Positions 1 through 9,935 are shown, counted from the stretch's first letter. The stretch is DNA of 36,415 nucleotides from Octopus bimaculoides (GCF_001194135.2 NC_068991.1:3082746-3119160), one strand, 5' to 3'. Made by a program: numbers and translations. Notes: generated from the letters alone by a model not told the origin.

Positions 1-448
1 ATCCCACTAGTTACTAGTGACTAGTACCTAAAAATTACCCTCAAGAAAAAAAAAAAAATTTTGGCTTTTGTCCGATTGGCACACATTCATTGCAACCATT
101 TCGCGTCGTTTAAGGATTAATCTAAATCTCATTTCCACCAGTTAACCATCACTTTAATTTCTGTTGTTAAATTAAGATATTTAATCAGACGAAGAGCTTT
201 TTGCTCGAATCCCCTTTAACATCTGCATTTTCCGAATTCGTAAACTTAATGTTTTTCGTTGGTATAAATTACAACTGTTTTTCTTGAACTTTGTTTTTAT
301 TATTATTTATTGTGTTTTTTTGACATCGTTTTAACGAATCTAATAAATTATTGGAACTGTCAAATTAGAAAGTAACAAGAAACACCGATTCTATTTACTA
401 TTGATCCAGGAGGTTATTAGGCGGAGGTAAAGAATGCGCACACCATCC

Positions 449-511
449 GATCTAATCGACTGACTCCCTCCCCAAATAATTTCGAGCCGTATGCCTAGAG
501 TAGAAAAGAAT
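449..511 (+). mobile_element. 3' fragment of SINE family A (…gatctaatcgactg…gcctagagtagaaaagaat)
   Basis: Matches the 3' end of the full copies at 19183-19390 and 19396-19605. Confidence 0.7.
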
Positions 512-850
512 ATATTGATATGGATATCTCGAAATTTATCGTCTGAAACAGAATTTAAAAAAAATATTTTTCAAAAACTTAGATGATACTTCAATTTATT
601 TCGGTTTGAAACATTCTCTAAAAATATGAGTCATTTGTGCAAAGAAATTTCGGAAACAATTCTAGCTTTCCAACCATGGTCATTCTGTCCCTTAACCATT
701 AACTCTAAATCTGAGATTTAAATAATAAGAGGGCTTTCCAATTATAGACTGTTAATTTTTATATTTACAGCAGGATTAGTAAATTAACCATTACTTAAAT
801 GAAATAGGTGTCATTGTTAATCAGTGGACTTTTGGAATAGCTATCACTAC

Positions 851-952
851 CTCATGGGGAAGGAAAAGAGAAAAGAATTGGATGGTTATCCGTTCGTCCA
901 TTCCTGGTGAAATTGTGGGGGTAGAATCTTCAAGCATCTCCCGTATAAGAGT
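851..952 (-). CDS. Candidate internal coding exon, phase 0-0 (TLIREMLEDSTPTISPGMDERITIQFFSLFLPHE), product unknown
   Basis: Acceptor ttctgacag| with an in-frame stop just upstream, 102-nt open frame, weak donor gag|gtagtg; unique non-repetitive sequence; no recognisable homology. Confidence 0.3.
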
Positions 953-992
953 CTGTCAGAAGCAATTGTCATGGCACATGGTTCATTGTTTA

Positions 993-1179
993 ATGATAAA
1001 GTGATGGTATGTTGTCAACTGATAGTACCATGAAAGGGAATAATACTACTGCTATTTAGCCCTAGGAAGCACCGCTTCCTGTCAACCATGACACATTTCC
1101 TGTGTCTTAAATAGCAGTAGTATTTTTGCCTTTCATGGGACTGTCACATTAAGTTGACAACATACCACCATTTTATCGT
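993..1179. mobile_element. Palindromic MITE-like element (~70-bp imperfect inverted arms, ~46-bp spacer)
   Basis: 993-1059 (atgataaagtgatggtatgttgtcaact…actactgctatttag) is the reverse complement, with a 4-bp indel and a few mismatches, of 1106-1179. Confidence 0.75.
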
Positions 1180-1425
1180 GTTACAACTGTATAAATCTCT
1201 CTCAGAGATTTAGAAATGTATTATTCCCATTGTTTAATGGTCTAGCAACTAATGCTTTAGGATTAAAAAAACTAATAGTTGTCTATAACTGGGGAGTACC
1301 ATAATACATATGATAAATTGGACCAAATTATATTGAATATTACTAAATGTGCCAAACCAAAATAAATTAGAATGTGTTCAATTTAGAAAATTACTATTTT
1401 TGAATCTCACAACGAGAGATATTCA

Positions 1426-1477
1426 GCCATATTATATTGGTAAAAGTATGGTTATACTTTTACCAATATAATATGGC
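1426..1477. repeat. Perfect inverted repeat, 24-bp arms, 4-nt loop
   Basis: gccatattatattggtaaaagtat-ggtt-atacttttaccaatataatatggc, checked base by base. Confidence 0.95.
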
Positions 1478-2062
1478 AGTCCTGGTTTAGAACGAATGTT
1501 GCTGTAATTTGGCAGCGCTACCTCTAGCCGAACAGTGATGGCCACCTATCCATGCCCTTTAAGTTACAAATTATGTTCCAATTTAAGTTCTTTATGGAAC
1601 AATTGAGCCTGTTCCATTATGAAGCTACTTGACAAATTCCATTCCATGAATTTGACATTATCAAAACCATTCTATTATTCTTGAATTACACTGGTACTCT
1701 TACCATATTCCATTGTTTTTCTAATGGTCATTCAAAATAACTGTCAGGAATAAATTGGAATTTCTCTCTTTTTTCTCCTGGTGTTTTTTCCTTTGTCATC
1801 AGAAAATGTACAGACAAAAATAAATGCAAAATGATATAATTCCTATCAAATACCATTTTATACATGCTTGTTTTCATTTCCCAGACAAAACGAAACTGTG
1901 AATTTAACTTTCACTTTAAGACATCAGTGAGACTCACATCTCTCTTAGAAACCGTACCCGGGATGAAATTTAAGTAAAATAAGCCAAGGAGGTCACAAAA
2001 TCAAGAGATATCACTTGCACAAGTGTTGTATGAAAAGACTTAAAAAAGCACAGCTGTACTCA

Positions 2063-2076
2063 CTGCCACCTGGTGG
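2063..2076 (-). promoter_or_regulatory. CTCF-like motif CCACCAGGTGGCAG
   Basis: Close match to the bilaterian CTCF core consensus; motif match only. Confidence 0.4.
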
Positions 2077-2141
2077 GATATCCACTAAATAGGTCAGCTT
2101 GCTTACAAGAATTTCAAGTTCTTGCTTGTAATTTGTATAGC
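2064..2141 (-). CDS. Candidate exon, phase 1-1 (xYTNYKQELEILVSKLTYLVDIPPGG), product unknown
   Basis: Acceptor cttctattag|, donor gca|gtgagt, 78-nt open frame; phase does not join directly to neighbouring candidates. Confidence 0.25.
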
Positions 2142-2442
2142 CTAATAGAAGTACAGTGATACGTCACAGTACGAGTTTCATTCATTCTATGACCGAGCTC
2201 GTCTTACAATTCACTTGTTTTACAAATCAAATTTCCCTTTGAAATTAACTAAAATATAATTAATCATTCCAGCCCCCCCCCCTCCAAAAAAAAACCACTC
2301 AAAAATAACTTTTAATGGGTTTTAAAACAGAAAAGGTGTAGACAGAAGTAAAATGACAATTATAAAAAGAAAAAGAAAAGAGAATGCAAAACAATATGTA
2401 AACTGAATTACCTTAAAGGTGGGATGATTTGTGTGCTCATAC

Positions 2443-2549
2443 TTCAAGACAAAAAATTTGCATGCTTCTTGGATCGTACAGCAAATTACTGGTACAATGG
2501 GTCACTTGTACAGCAAGACTCAACAGTGCTGAGTCATTTGGTGTTGAAC
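2443..2549 (-). CDS. Candidate exon, phase 1-0 (xSTPNDSALLSLAVQVTHCTSNLLYDPRSMQIFCLE), product unknown
   Basis: Acceptor gatacag|, donor gaa|gtatga; an alternative donor aag|gtaatt at 2412 fits another frame, so the call is ambiguous. Confidence 0.25.
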
Positions 2550-2715
2550 CTGTATCGTTTATCAAGTTATGATTTTTGTCTCCCCAATTTGTAAGATGTT
2601 AAAAGCAGTCTTACTCACAGAATATGATCTACATATCTAGGGTGTATGGCTACAAAATGCTTATCGGGTTACTTTGTAATATAGTGAGGGTATTTACTCT
2701 TTGTCTTCAACTCAT

Positions 2716-3026
2716 TGTGTGGTTAAGTAGCTTGTTTGCAATCACATGGCATTGAGTTCAGTCCTGCTGTGTGACACCTTGGACAAGTGTCTCCTGCTTT
2801 TAGCCCTGGGCTGACCAATGCCCTGGGCTGACCAATGCCCTGGGAGTGAATTTGGTTGGTGAAAGCCCATTCTACATACTGTTCATACATACATGTATAT
2901 ATATATTTGTATATGTATCTTATGGTTGTGTTTATCCTCCTACCCTTTGACAACTGGTGTTGGTTCATTTACATCCCAATAACTTAGTGGTTCAAGGAAA
3001 GACACCAGTAGGACAAATACTAGATT
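2716..3026 (+). mobile_element. SINE family B (CORE-like), decayed, with internal 17-bp tandem duplication
   Basis: tgtgtggttaagtagctt…gagttcagtcc…tgtgtgacaccttggacaagtgtc (CORE-like segment); homologous to 7692-8111 and 22019-22413; gccctgggctgaccaat repeated at 2803-2819, 2820-2836 and partly 2837-2844. Confidence 0.75.
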
Positions 3027-3142
3027 TAACCCCATTAGTCACGGATAAAAAAGTAAAACTATTTAAAAAAAAAATTTTTTATTTATGCCAAAATACAAGT
3101 TAGGGTTGACCTGGCGTTAAACAACACATCCAATCAGTTCAT

Positions 3143-3330
3143 CTAAATAAATGCTCGACCTACTAGTAATAGCAGCCAAATTTTCATCATGTCACACCCA
3201 ATTATATTTTTGGAAAATGTACATATGTGATAATGTTGCTGTTGGTTTACTTCATGTCCAGAAAAAGTCATGATGGTCATGGCTGGAATGCTTTTGATCA
3301 TAGAACTGTAGAATCAGAACTGACATAGGT
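3143..3330 (+). mobile_element. Dispersed repeat family E (SINE 3'-like segment …tagtaatagcagccaaat…gatggtcatggctggaatgcttttgatca…)
   Basis: Homologous segments at 11160-11335 (-), 19728-19895 (+) and 24790-24880 (-). Confidence 0.6.
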
Positions 3331-3559
3331 CTAAGTGTGAGGAACTGTTATCATATAAGATTTAAGACATCACCACAACGACAATCGCAACATCAAGTGT
3401 GTCACCATTTTCATTTGGAATTCTCAAATCTTTCTGATTTCATGTTGACACTGGAGATAAAATAAATTAAAAAAGAAAATATAAAATTACAACTGCATGG
3501 AAAATTAAAAAACAAAAGAAAAGAAAAGAAAAATAACAAAAGAAAACAAAGAAGGTTGT

Positions 3560-3778
3560 TTTAATTTTTTAACATTTAACCTTGCCATATCTGGCACAAA
3601 TGTTTGTTTTGTATTCAAACCTGCTAGATCTGGCTTCTCGCACCTACTCTACAATGTCATTCTAAAAATAAAACAAATCATTGAAATCTTGAAGTTACAA
3701 GATAATCCATGATTAATTCAAAATTTAATAAATAAAACTTACGTTTGACAGAGTAAATCTGAAAATGAAAGAATTATA
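3560..3778. mobile_element. Decayed ~220-bp MITE, possibly piggyBac-derived
   Basis: Resembles from memory a common octopus MITE with TTAACCCTTTAGCATT ends; both ends are degraded here and this cannot be verified in the window. Confidence 0.4.
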
Positions 3779-3892
3779 ATTAATTTTTTTGGAAAAAAAA
3801 AACAAATAGAAAACTTCATTGTTTACGACACATTGTCTTGGATCCAATCTCTTTCCCTTCATGCACACCTGTGAAATACCTTGATTATTTTA

Positions 3893-4133
3893 AGGAGAAT
3901 ATTAAGGACAGCATGGACAGAGAAAATGTGGTAAATAAGAAACTGGTTGAAGGGAAAAGAAGCAGATGATGGAGAAGGGAGATCCGGGTGTCAAGTTTAA
4001 TGAACTGGTTTGGAAGAAAGAAGTATCAAACATCAGGAAGTGGCACCATTACTGAAAACAAAGAATAGAGAATTATGGCAGGACATGATTGCCCTCTGTC
4101 CAACATTCTGGACATGGCACCCAAAGAAGAAGA
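3893..4133 (+). mobile_element. RTE-clade LINE 3' end (frameshifted RT C-terminus plus GAA tail)
   Basis: Plus-strand fragments RRILRTAWTEKM, KLVEGKRSR and KTKNRELWQDMIA are typical of the RTE ORF end; terminates in gaagaaga. Confidence 0.75.
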
Positions 4134-4375
4134 TTTGTAAATAACAAAACAAGTAGCAAAAGAGAGGATTTGACAATGAAAACACAAGAATTTCTGCTGC
4201 AGAATAAGAAAATTGACCAATTTTTAATGGCTGTTTTGAAGACAAGAAAGACCAAAGGAAAAGAATAACCAACAAGATGTGTAGCATAGTAAAGGCATCA
4301 ACACTAAAAAGAACATTAACAACAACAGCTACAGCAACAACAATATAAAGTAAGGTATTTACTTTCACACATGTA

Positions 4376-4854
4376 CAGGGTAACCCAAAAGTCACAAATG
4401 GCTCTGAAATTCGCATAAATTTGCTTTAATTATTTTTTTTGGTTTTTGTAATTTAGAAAACGTGATGTTTCCACCCCTAACAAACATATTTCCTATGTTA
4501 TTGATAACACCCAGAAGATGCTTCTTTTCCAATCACCAAAGTGATTGAAGCTTTGGCTGGGTGGAATTGCTGTCATCAAATGGTACCCAATATTGGTCGG
4601 TCAGTAGAGGTGGCCGAATCACTGTCCATCATCTCCTTGTTTTTCAACCTTAACTCCTCTCTCTTGCTCCATACTTACCGAGAGGCCCTTCCTGCTGCCT
4701 CTCTCACCCTGTGCATGGCCACCCTTCACTCTTTTCCCCTCATTCCAATGGCTGTAAGCATCATCTATGAATTGTATGTGGTGCTAAGGCACCATGAATT
4801 TAAAACAGAATATAAATGAATTATTATCACCTTTGTGACTCTTGGGCCACCCTA
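4376..4854. mobile_element. Non-autonomous Tc1/mariner-type element (MITE) with 23-bp TIRs
   Basis: Left CAGGGTAACCCAAAAGTCACAAA (4376-4398, preceded by TA); right end reverse-complements to TAGGGTGGCCCAAGAGTCACAAA (4832-4854), 19/23 identical; right TSD reads CA. Confidence 0.7.
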
Positions 4855-4929
4855 CACAATCTGTATTTATTATCTTCAGGAAAGTTTGGTATGCTTTAGG
4901 TTGGGTGGCCACCACTGGACCACATGGCG

Positions 4930-5392
4930 AACCACAAAGAAATAAAGCATATGCTTGCGAAGACCTGTTGAGGTAAGTGAAATCACTGTTGTGGCCGATG
5001 ACAGTACCGCCTGATTGGCACCCGTGTCAGTGGAACGTTAGAAGCACCATTCAAGCATGACCATTGCCAGGGCCACTGACTGGCTCCTGTGCCGGTGGCA
5101 TGGAAAAAAAGCTCCATTCGAGCGTGGTAGTTGCCAGTGCCACTGAACTGGCTCCTGTGCAGGTGGCACATAAAATGCACCGTTTGAGCGTGACCGATAC
5201 CAGTACTGCCTGACTGGCCCTCGTGCCGGTGGCACGTAAAAGCACCCACAACACCCTCGGAATGGTTGACATTAGGAAGGGCATCCAGCTGTAGAAACTT
5301 TGCCAGATCAGATTTGAGACTGGTGCAGCCCTCAGTAAAACCGTCCAACCCATGCCAGCATGGAAAGCGGACGTTAAAAGATGATGATGATA
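4930..5392 (+). mobile_element. SINE-like family D with four internal ~66-bp tandem units and (GAT)n tail
   Basis: Units at about 4990-5250; 3' part gacattaggaagggcatccagctgtagaaac…ggacgttaaaagatgatgatga; a minus-strand fragment of the same family lies at about 7372-7450. Confidence 0.75.
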
Positions 5393-5929
5393 TATATATA
5401 TGTACATATCCAGATATGTGTGTGTTTGTGCGTGTGTGTGTATTTGTTACATAGAATATTTTACATTTATTTTTCAAATGTCAACGTTCATAACTGTCTG
5501 AAGACATATTTTGTTGTTTAAAATTGTTTGTATTTTATTTCCTGTTTTGTTAAAACGATATTTGATTGATAAAAGTTCCATTCTTATATTCTCCAGCCCC
5601 TGAAAAAGAGAAACCTCAATAAAATTGCTGAATGCTGTGAAGAACTTTCTTGGCAAATGACAACAGACATGGATAAGGAATGCTTTCATAGTTGACTCTT
5701 TCATATGTGGCATGAAATACTTCCCTGAAATTCTTCAGATTGTCTGTGAATTTCATAAGAACTCTTTAAAAAATGCCTCAATTATGCCAACATCAAGTAA
5801 ATTTATGGCAACTTTTTGAATATGGATGAAACTCTTCATGTTTTCCAGTGAATTGTGTCACTGAAAATGTTTCCTTATCCAAAAGAAGTTTGTTTGGCAA
5901 AGATTCATGAACACATTTGAAACCCTGAT

Positions 5930-6330
5930 CTCTTCTATTACTTCTACAATAACCTCTCTTCCAGTCAGCTCTACATCTCCACTGCCATCACTTAGAATCC
6001 CCTCACTCAACCATTTCCTCTTTCTCTTTCATCATTCCTAACATATCTTGCTTACCAGATATCATATCACAACCTCCTAAGCATCAGCGCCCTGCCCCCT
6101 TTCGTCACGTCTAGCATCATCCATTCCTTCATTGATGGTAGCAGCCCTTTATTTGTCTCTAACCGTTTGTACCTAGTATCATCTGTGAGTCATGCTGATA
6201 CCTGCTTCATACCAAATATCCACCGGTACCTATTTACATGCCAAATATAAACAGCTTCTTTGATGGTTTTCTCTTTGCAAACCTTGTGCATTGTGGTTAC
6301 AATAAATAAATAAATAAATAAATAAATAAA
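5930..6330 (+). mobile_element. Possible old LINE (L2/CR1-like) 3' end with (AAAT)n tail
   Basis: Weak frameshifted similarity to LINE ORF termini (SFIIPNISC…; CFIPNIHRYL) followed by (AAAT)n at about 6301-6330. Confidence 0.3.
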
Positions 6331-6439
6331 ACAGCCAAAAACAAATGCTGCATACATATCAGTGGCTGTCAGCCATTCCCCCCCCCCCCCTATGATGGAC
6401 CCCGTTTGGTTCCTATTTTACTTCTCTGGACCCTTATAC

Positions 6440-6715
6440 ACATTGAATGTTTTTAAAAAAGATCCTCTTATATTTTCATAATTAAATATTAGAAATTGTA
6501 TAAAATAACTGTTAAAATATTTTGTAAAATATTTACAATGGACAAATAGGTGACATCACCTTGTTTGTTTTTACCACAACGTTTCAGCTGGTGTACTCCC
6601 CGGCCTTCATCAGGTGTTCTGGTGGAATTTCAAACCCAACCCTTTAGTTGACTAATGGGTACTCTGTTCTCATTCATAAGGTATTCTTTTTTTTTTTGTT
6701 GATGTTAGTATTATT
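6440..6715 (-). mobile_element. Penelope-related non-autonomous repeat carrying a hammerhead motif
   Basis: Contains the hammerhead at 6573-6618; boundaries approximate. Confidence 0.5.
6573..6618 (-). ncRNA. Minimal type I hammerhead ribozyme motif
   Basis: Minus strand: aacac CTGATGA a ggccgg ggagtaca ccagct GAAAC GTT gtggt. Intact core, stem II 5/6 pairs, stem I 4/5 pairs, palindromic helix III AACGTT, predicted cleavage after GUU. Confidence 0.75.
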
Positions 6716-6720
6716 ATTAG

Positions 6721-7095
6721 TGGAGGCACAATGGCTCAGTGGTTAGGGTAGCGGATTCGCGGTCATAGGATCACGGTTTCGATTCCCAGACCGGGCGGTG
6801 TGTGTGTTTATTGAGCGAAAGCACCTGAAGCTCCACGAGGCTCCGGCAGGGGATGATGGCGAACCCTGCTGTACTCACCACAACTTTCTCTCACTCTTAC
6901 TTCCTGTTTCTGTTGTGCCTGTAATTCAAAGGGTCAGCCTTGTCACGCTGAATATCCCCGAGAACTACGTTAAGNNNNNNNNNNTGTTTCTGTTGTGCCT
7001 GTAATTCAAAGGGTCAGCCTTGTCACGCTGAATATCCCCGAGAACTACGTTAAGGGTACACATGTCTGTGGAGTGCTCAGCCACTTTCACGTTAG
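6721..7095 (+). mobile_element. tRNA-derived SINE family C
   Basis: A box TGGCTCAGTGG (6732-6742), B box GGTTTCGATTCCC (6776-6788); 3' part shared with the copy at 32981-33196; contains a 10-N gap with a 70-bp artefactual duplication. Confidence 0.85.
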
Positions 7096-7691
7096 TTTAT
7101 TATCATTGTGAATCTTTTTGGATATATTATCACCCTCAACACACTAAAATTACATCTCAAAATTTGGTCCCTTCAATTTTTTTTTTTTTATCAGAGCCAG
7201 GAAATACTTCAGTCTCACCCCACCCAACAACTACTAACTTTGGTCACTTCGGTATTCTATATTAAATCTGGTTTTTCGTTGTGTGTCTGTGAAACTAAGT
7301 AATGTAATTCTGATATGTGGTTTGTGCCTGAAGAATATTTTTGAGATATTTCCAATTTTTCATGTTTTCAGAGGTCAGATGGAATTTGTTGAAGCAGATT
7401 TTCTATGGCTGGATGCTCTCTCTGTCACCAACTCTCTCTAATTTCCAAGCAATTAAAGAAAATTCCAAAAAGCAAAAAGAACCTTACCTGATCTTCTCCC
7501 TCCCATACCACCAAACCTTTAAAATACTCCATTCTATCCAAGTTTTTACCTGAACTTGTTAACTTATAAATATTTCAGTTGATATCAAACTGTATCCATT
7601 TCTTCAGTGTTGGACGGCATGAAATGACCCTAGGCTCTGCTTTTTCTTTAGACTGTTTTATATTTTTTATATTTTTTATCTTTTACCCATT

Positions 7692-7875
7692 TCAGTCATT
7701 AGACTGTGACCATGCTGGGGCACTGCCTTGAATTTTTAGTGGAATGAATCAACCCCAGTACTTATTTATTAAGCGTAGTACTAATTCTATCGATCCCTTT
7801 TGCCAAACTGCTAAGTTACAGGAATGTAAACACATCAACACCAATTTTCAAGTGGGGATATGGGGACAAACACTG

Positions 7876-7960
<85 letters not shown>

Positions 7961-8111
7961 CACGATGAGCTTCTTTCAGTTTCCATCTACTAAATCCACT
8001 CACAAGGCTTTGGTAGGCCCAAGGCCATAGAAGAAGACTCTTGCCCAAGATGCCACGCAGTGGGACTGAACCCAGGACCATGTGGTTGGTAAGCCAGCTT
8101 CTTACCACACA
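7692..8111 (-). mobile_element. SINE family B (CORE-like) with internal (CA)n tract
   Basis: Reverse complement gives tgtgtggtaagaagctgg…gggttcagtcccactgcgtggcatcttgggcaag…; (CA)n at about 7876-7951. Confidence 0.85.
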
Positions 8112-8248
8112 AAGAAGCAATTTAAGTGAATCCATGATCCTGACTTTGAGGTTGTGGAGCTTCGTTTCTAAGGTCAATCTCATTGCATAGCAATTGGCTT
8201 CAAGAAGACCATGGGAATGAAACTTGGTAGATGGGAACCTGTCCTATA

Positions 8249-8280
<32 letters not shown>

Positions 8281-8752
8281 TGTGCACAACAGAAAGAAGA
8301 GAACACAACATATGTTGGATAAGAATTACCTCCCATTGAGCACCTATTGCGAGTCATCTGGAAACCATTTCTATCATGTGATCTGAACTGACCAATGAGA
8401 ACTAAATTCATTCATCATCGAATGGCAATCAGCTTTTTGTTTTTCCTTTAGGATCTGTAATCACTTCATTATTCTATGTTCAATATTTTTGGGATGTGTG
8501 TTTGTGAAACTTTAATTAAGTGCAATCCCGAATCATTTCATATACATAAATGTGTGTGTGTGTGTGTAAGAAAAGGCATAGATAACGGGCTTTACATATT
8601 TATTTATTTACCAGATGCACTCACAAAGCTTTGCTTGGGGTTGATGAAATAAATACCAGTTGAACACTGGGGTTGATGTAATCGATCCATTCACACCTCC
8701 CCCAGGCTGCCCTTGTGACAAAAATTTGAAATAGTTGTTATAGTTTGAGTTG

Positions 8753-8968
8753 AGGTGGTCAGTTGGCTGAATCGTTAACTGGACAAAATACTTAGTGGCA
8801 TTTTACCCATCTTTACATTCTGAATTCAAATTCCATCAAGGTTGACGTGTTTGCCTTTTATCCTTTTAGGGTCCATAAATAAATACCAGTTGAGCACCTG
8901 GATTGATATAACTGACTGACCCCTCTCACCAAAATTTCAGGCCTTGTGTCTATCATAGAAAGAGTTAT
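8753..8968 (+). mobile_element. SINE family A copy (preceded by a 3' fragment at about 8625-8735)
   Basis: tggctgaatcgtta…tgaattcaaattcc (B-box-like)…aaataccagttgagcac…ggccttgtgtctatcatagaaag. Confidence 0.8.
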
Positions 8969-8996
8969 GGCCAATATTCTACTCTGTATATATATT

Positions 8997-9208
8997 TTTC
9001 TCTACTTTAGGCACAAGGCCCATAATTTTTGGGGAGGGGATCAGTCGATTAGATCGACCCCAGTATGCAACTGGTACTTAATTTTTCGATCTAGAAAGGA
9101 CGAGAGGCAAAGTCGACCTTGGTGGAATTTGAACTCAGAACGTAAAAACAGACGAAATACTGCTAAGCATTTCACACGCCATGCTAACATTTCTGGCAGC
9201 CTGCCATC
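8997..9208 (-). mobile_element. SINE family A copy, inverted relative to its neighbours
   Basis: Reverse complement aligns end to end with 19396-19605. Confidence 0.85.
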
Positions 9209-9558
9209 TTATACTGCTCTGTACATTAACAAAAACATTTTATTCCTGTTTATGTATGTATAAAACATATATATATATACTCTATATTTTTGTGCTTTGA
9301 GTATGTTTTAGTAATGCTTTGCGAGGCCTTATTACTTGTTCCCCTCCATGGGTCATCTCCTGTCATCTCGCTATACTACACCCACCAAGAGGAGGGGCAG
9401 CTTCAGTGAAGGAGTTCTTTGCCTCGAAAGACAAGGCTAGGATCAAAGAAAGGTGCTTCAGACAGTATGACATGATGACCTCTAAGTTGAATATCAAACC
9501 TGCTTTTGTTGTAAACTTGATGAATAAAGCAAATGATTTACCAAAATATTGCAGAAGT

Positions 9559-9560
<2 letters not shown>

Positions 9561-9635
<75 letters not shown>

Positions 9636-9697
9636 TACTATTATTATTATTATTATTATCATTATTATTATCATTATTATTATTATTATTATTATTA

Positions 9698-9735
<38 letters not shown>
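9561..9735. repeat. (ATT)n microsatellite
   Basis: Direct reading; source of the poly-I/L/Y ORFs. Confidence 0.95.
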
Positions 9736-9737
9736 GT

Positions 9738-9935
9738 AATCGTTAGCACCCTGAGTGAAATGCTTGGAAGTATTTTGTCAGACTTTATGTTCCGAGTTCA
9801 AATTCTGCTGAGGTCAACTTTGTCTTTTAAAATTTCAGGGTCATTGAAATAAGTACCAGTTACGCACTGGGGATCAATGTAATTGACTATCCCCCTCCCC
9901 CAAATTTCTGGCCTTGTGCCTATAGTAGAAAGGAT
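9738..9935 (+). mobile_element. SINE family A copy
   Basis: aatcgttagcacc…gagttcaaattc…aagtaccagttacgcactgggg…ggccttgtgcctatagtagaaagg. Confidence 0.85.

Noticed and set aside
60-110. CCAAT-like ccgattggc suggesting a promoter
   Set aside because: Similar text (ttttg..t.gtccgatt.g) recurs at about 21845 beside a repeat end, so it is probably repeat-derived
1796-1802. CTGATGA on the minus strand (also CTGAAGA at about 7603 and CTGACGA at about 25758)
   Set aside because: No adjacent stem II followed by GAAA
4033-4416. 127-aa hydrophobic ORF resembling a membrane protein
   Set aside because: It is the antisense reading of a purine-rich RTE LINE 3' end plus flank, and its start lies in a MITE terminus
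6721-6800. tRNA-like sequence (also 32981-33050)
   Set aside because: A and B boxes are present but there is no complete cloverleaf and SINE body follows; not tRNA genes
6905-7054. Exact 70-bp tandem duplication inside the SINE
   Set aside because: The two identical copies (6905-6974 and 6985-7054) flank a 10-N gap, the usual sign of an unmerged contig overlap
9319-9852. 177-aa plus-strand ORF with a protein-like N-terminal 80 aa
   Set aside because: Runs into (ATT)n and a SINE; no good splice sites or recognisable homology; competing open frames on the other strand
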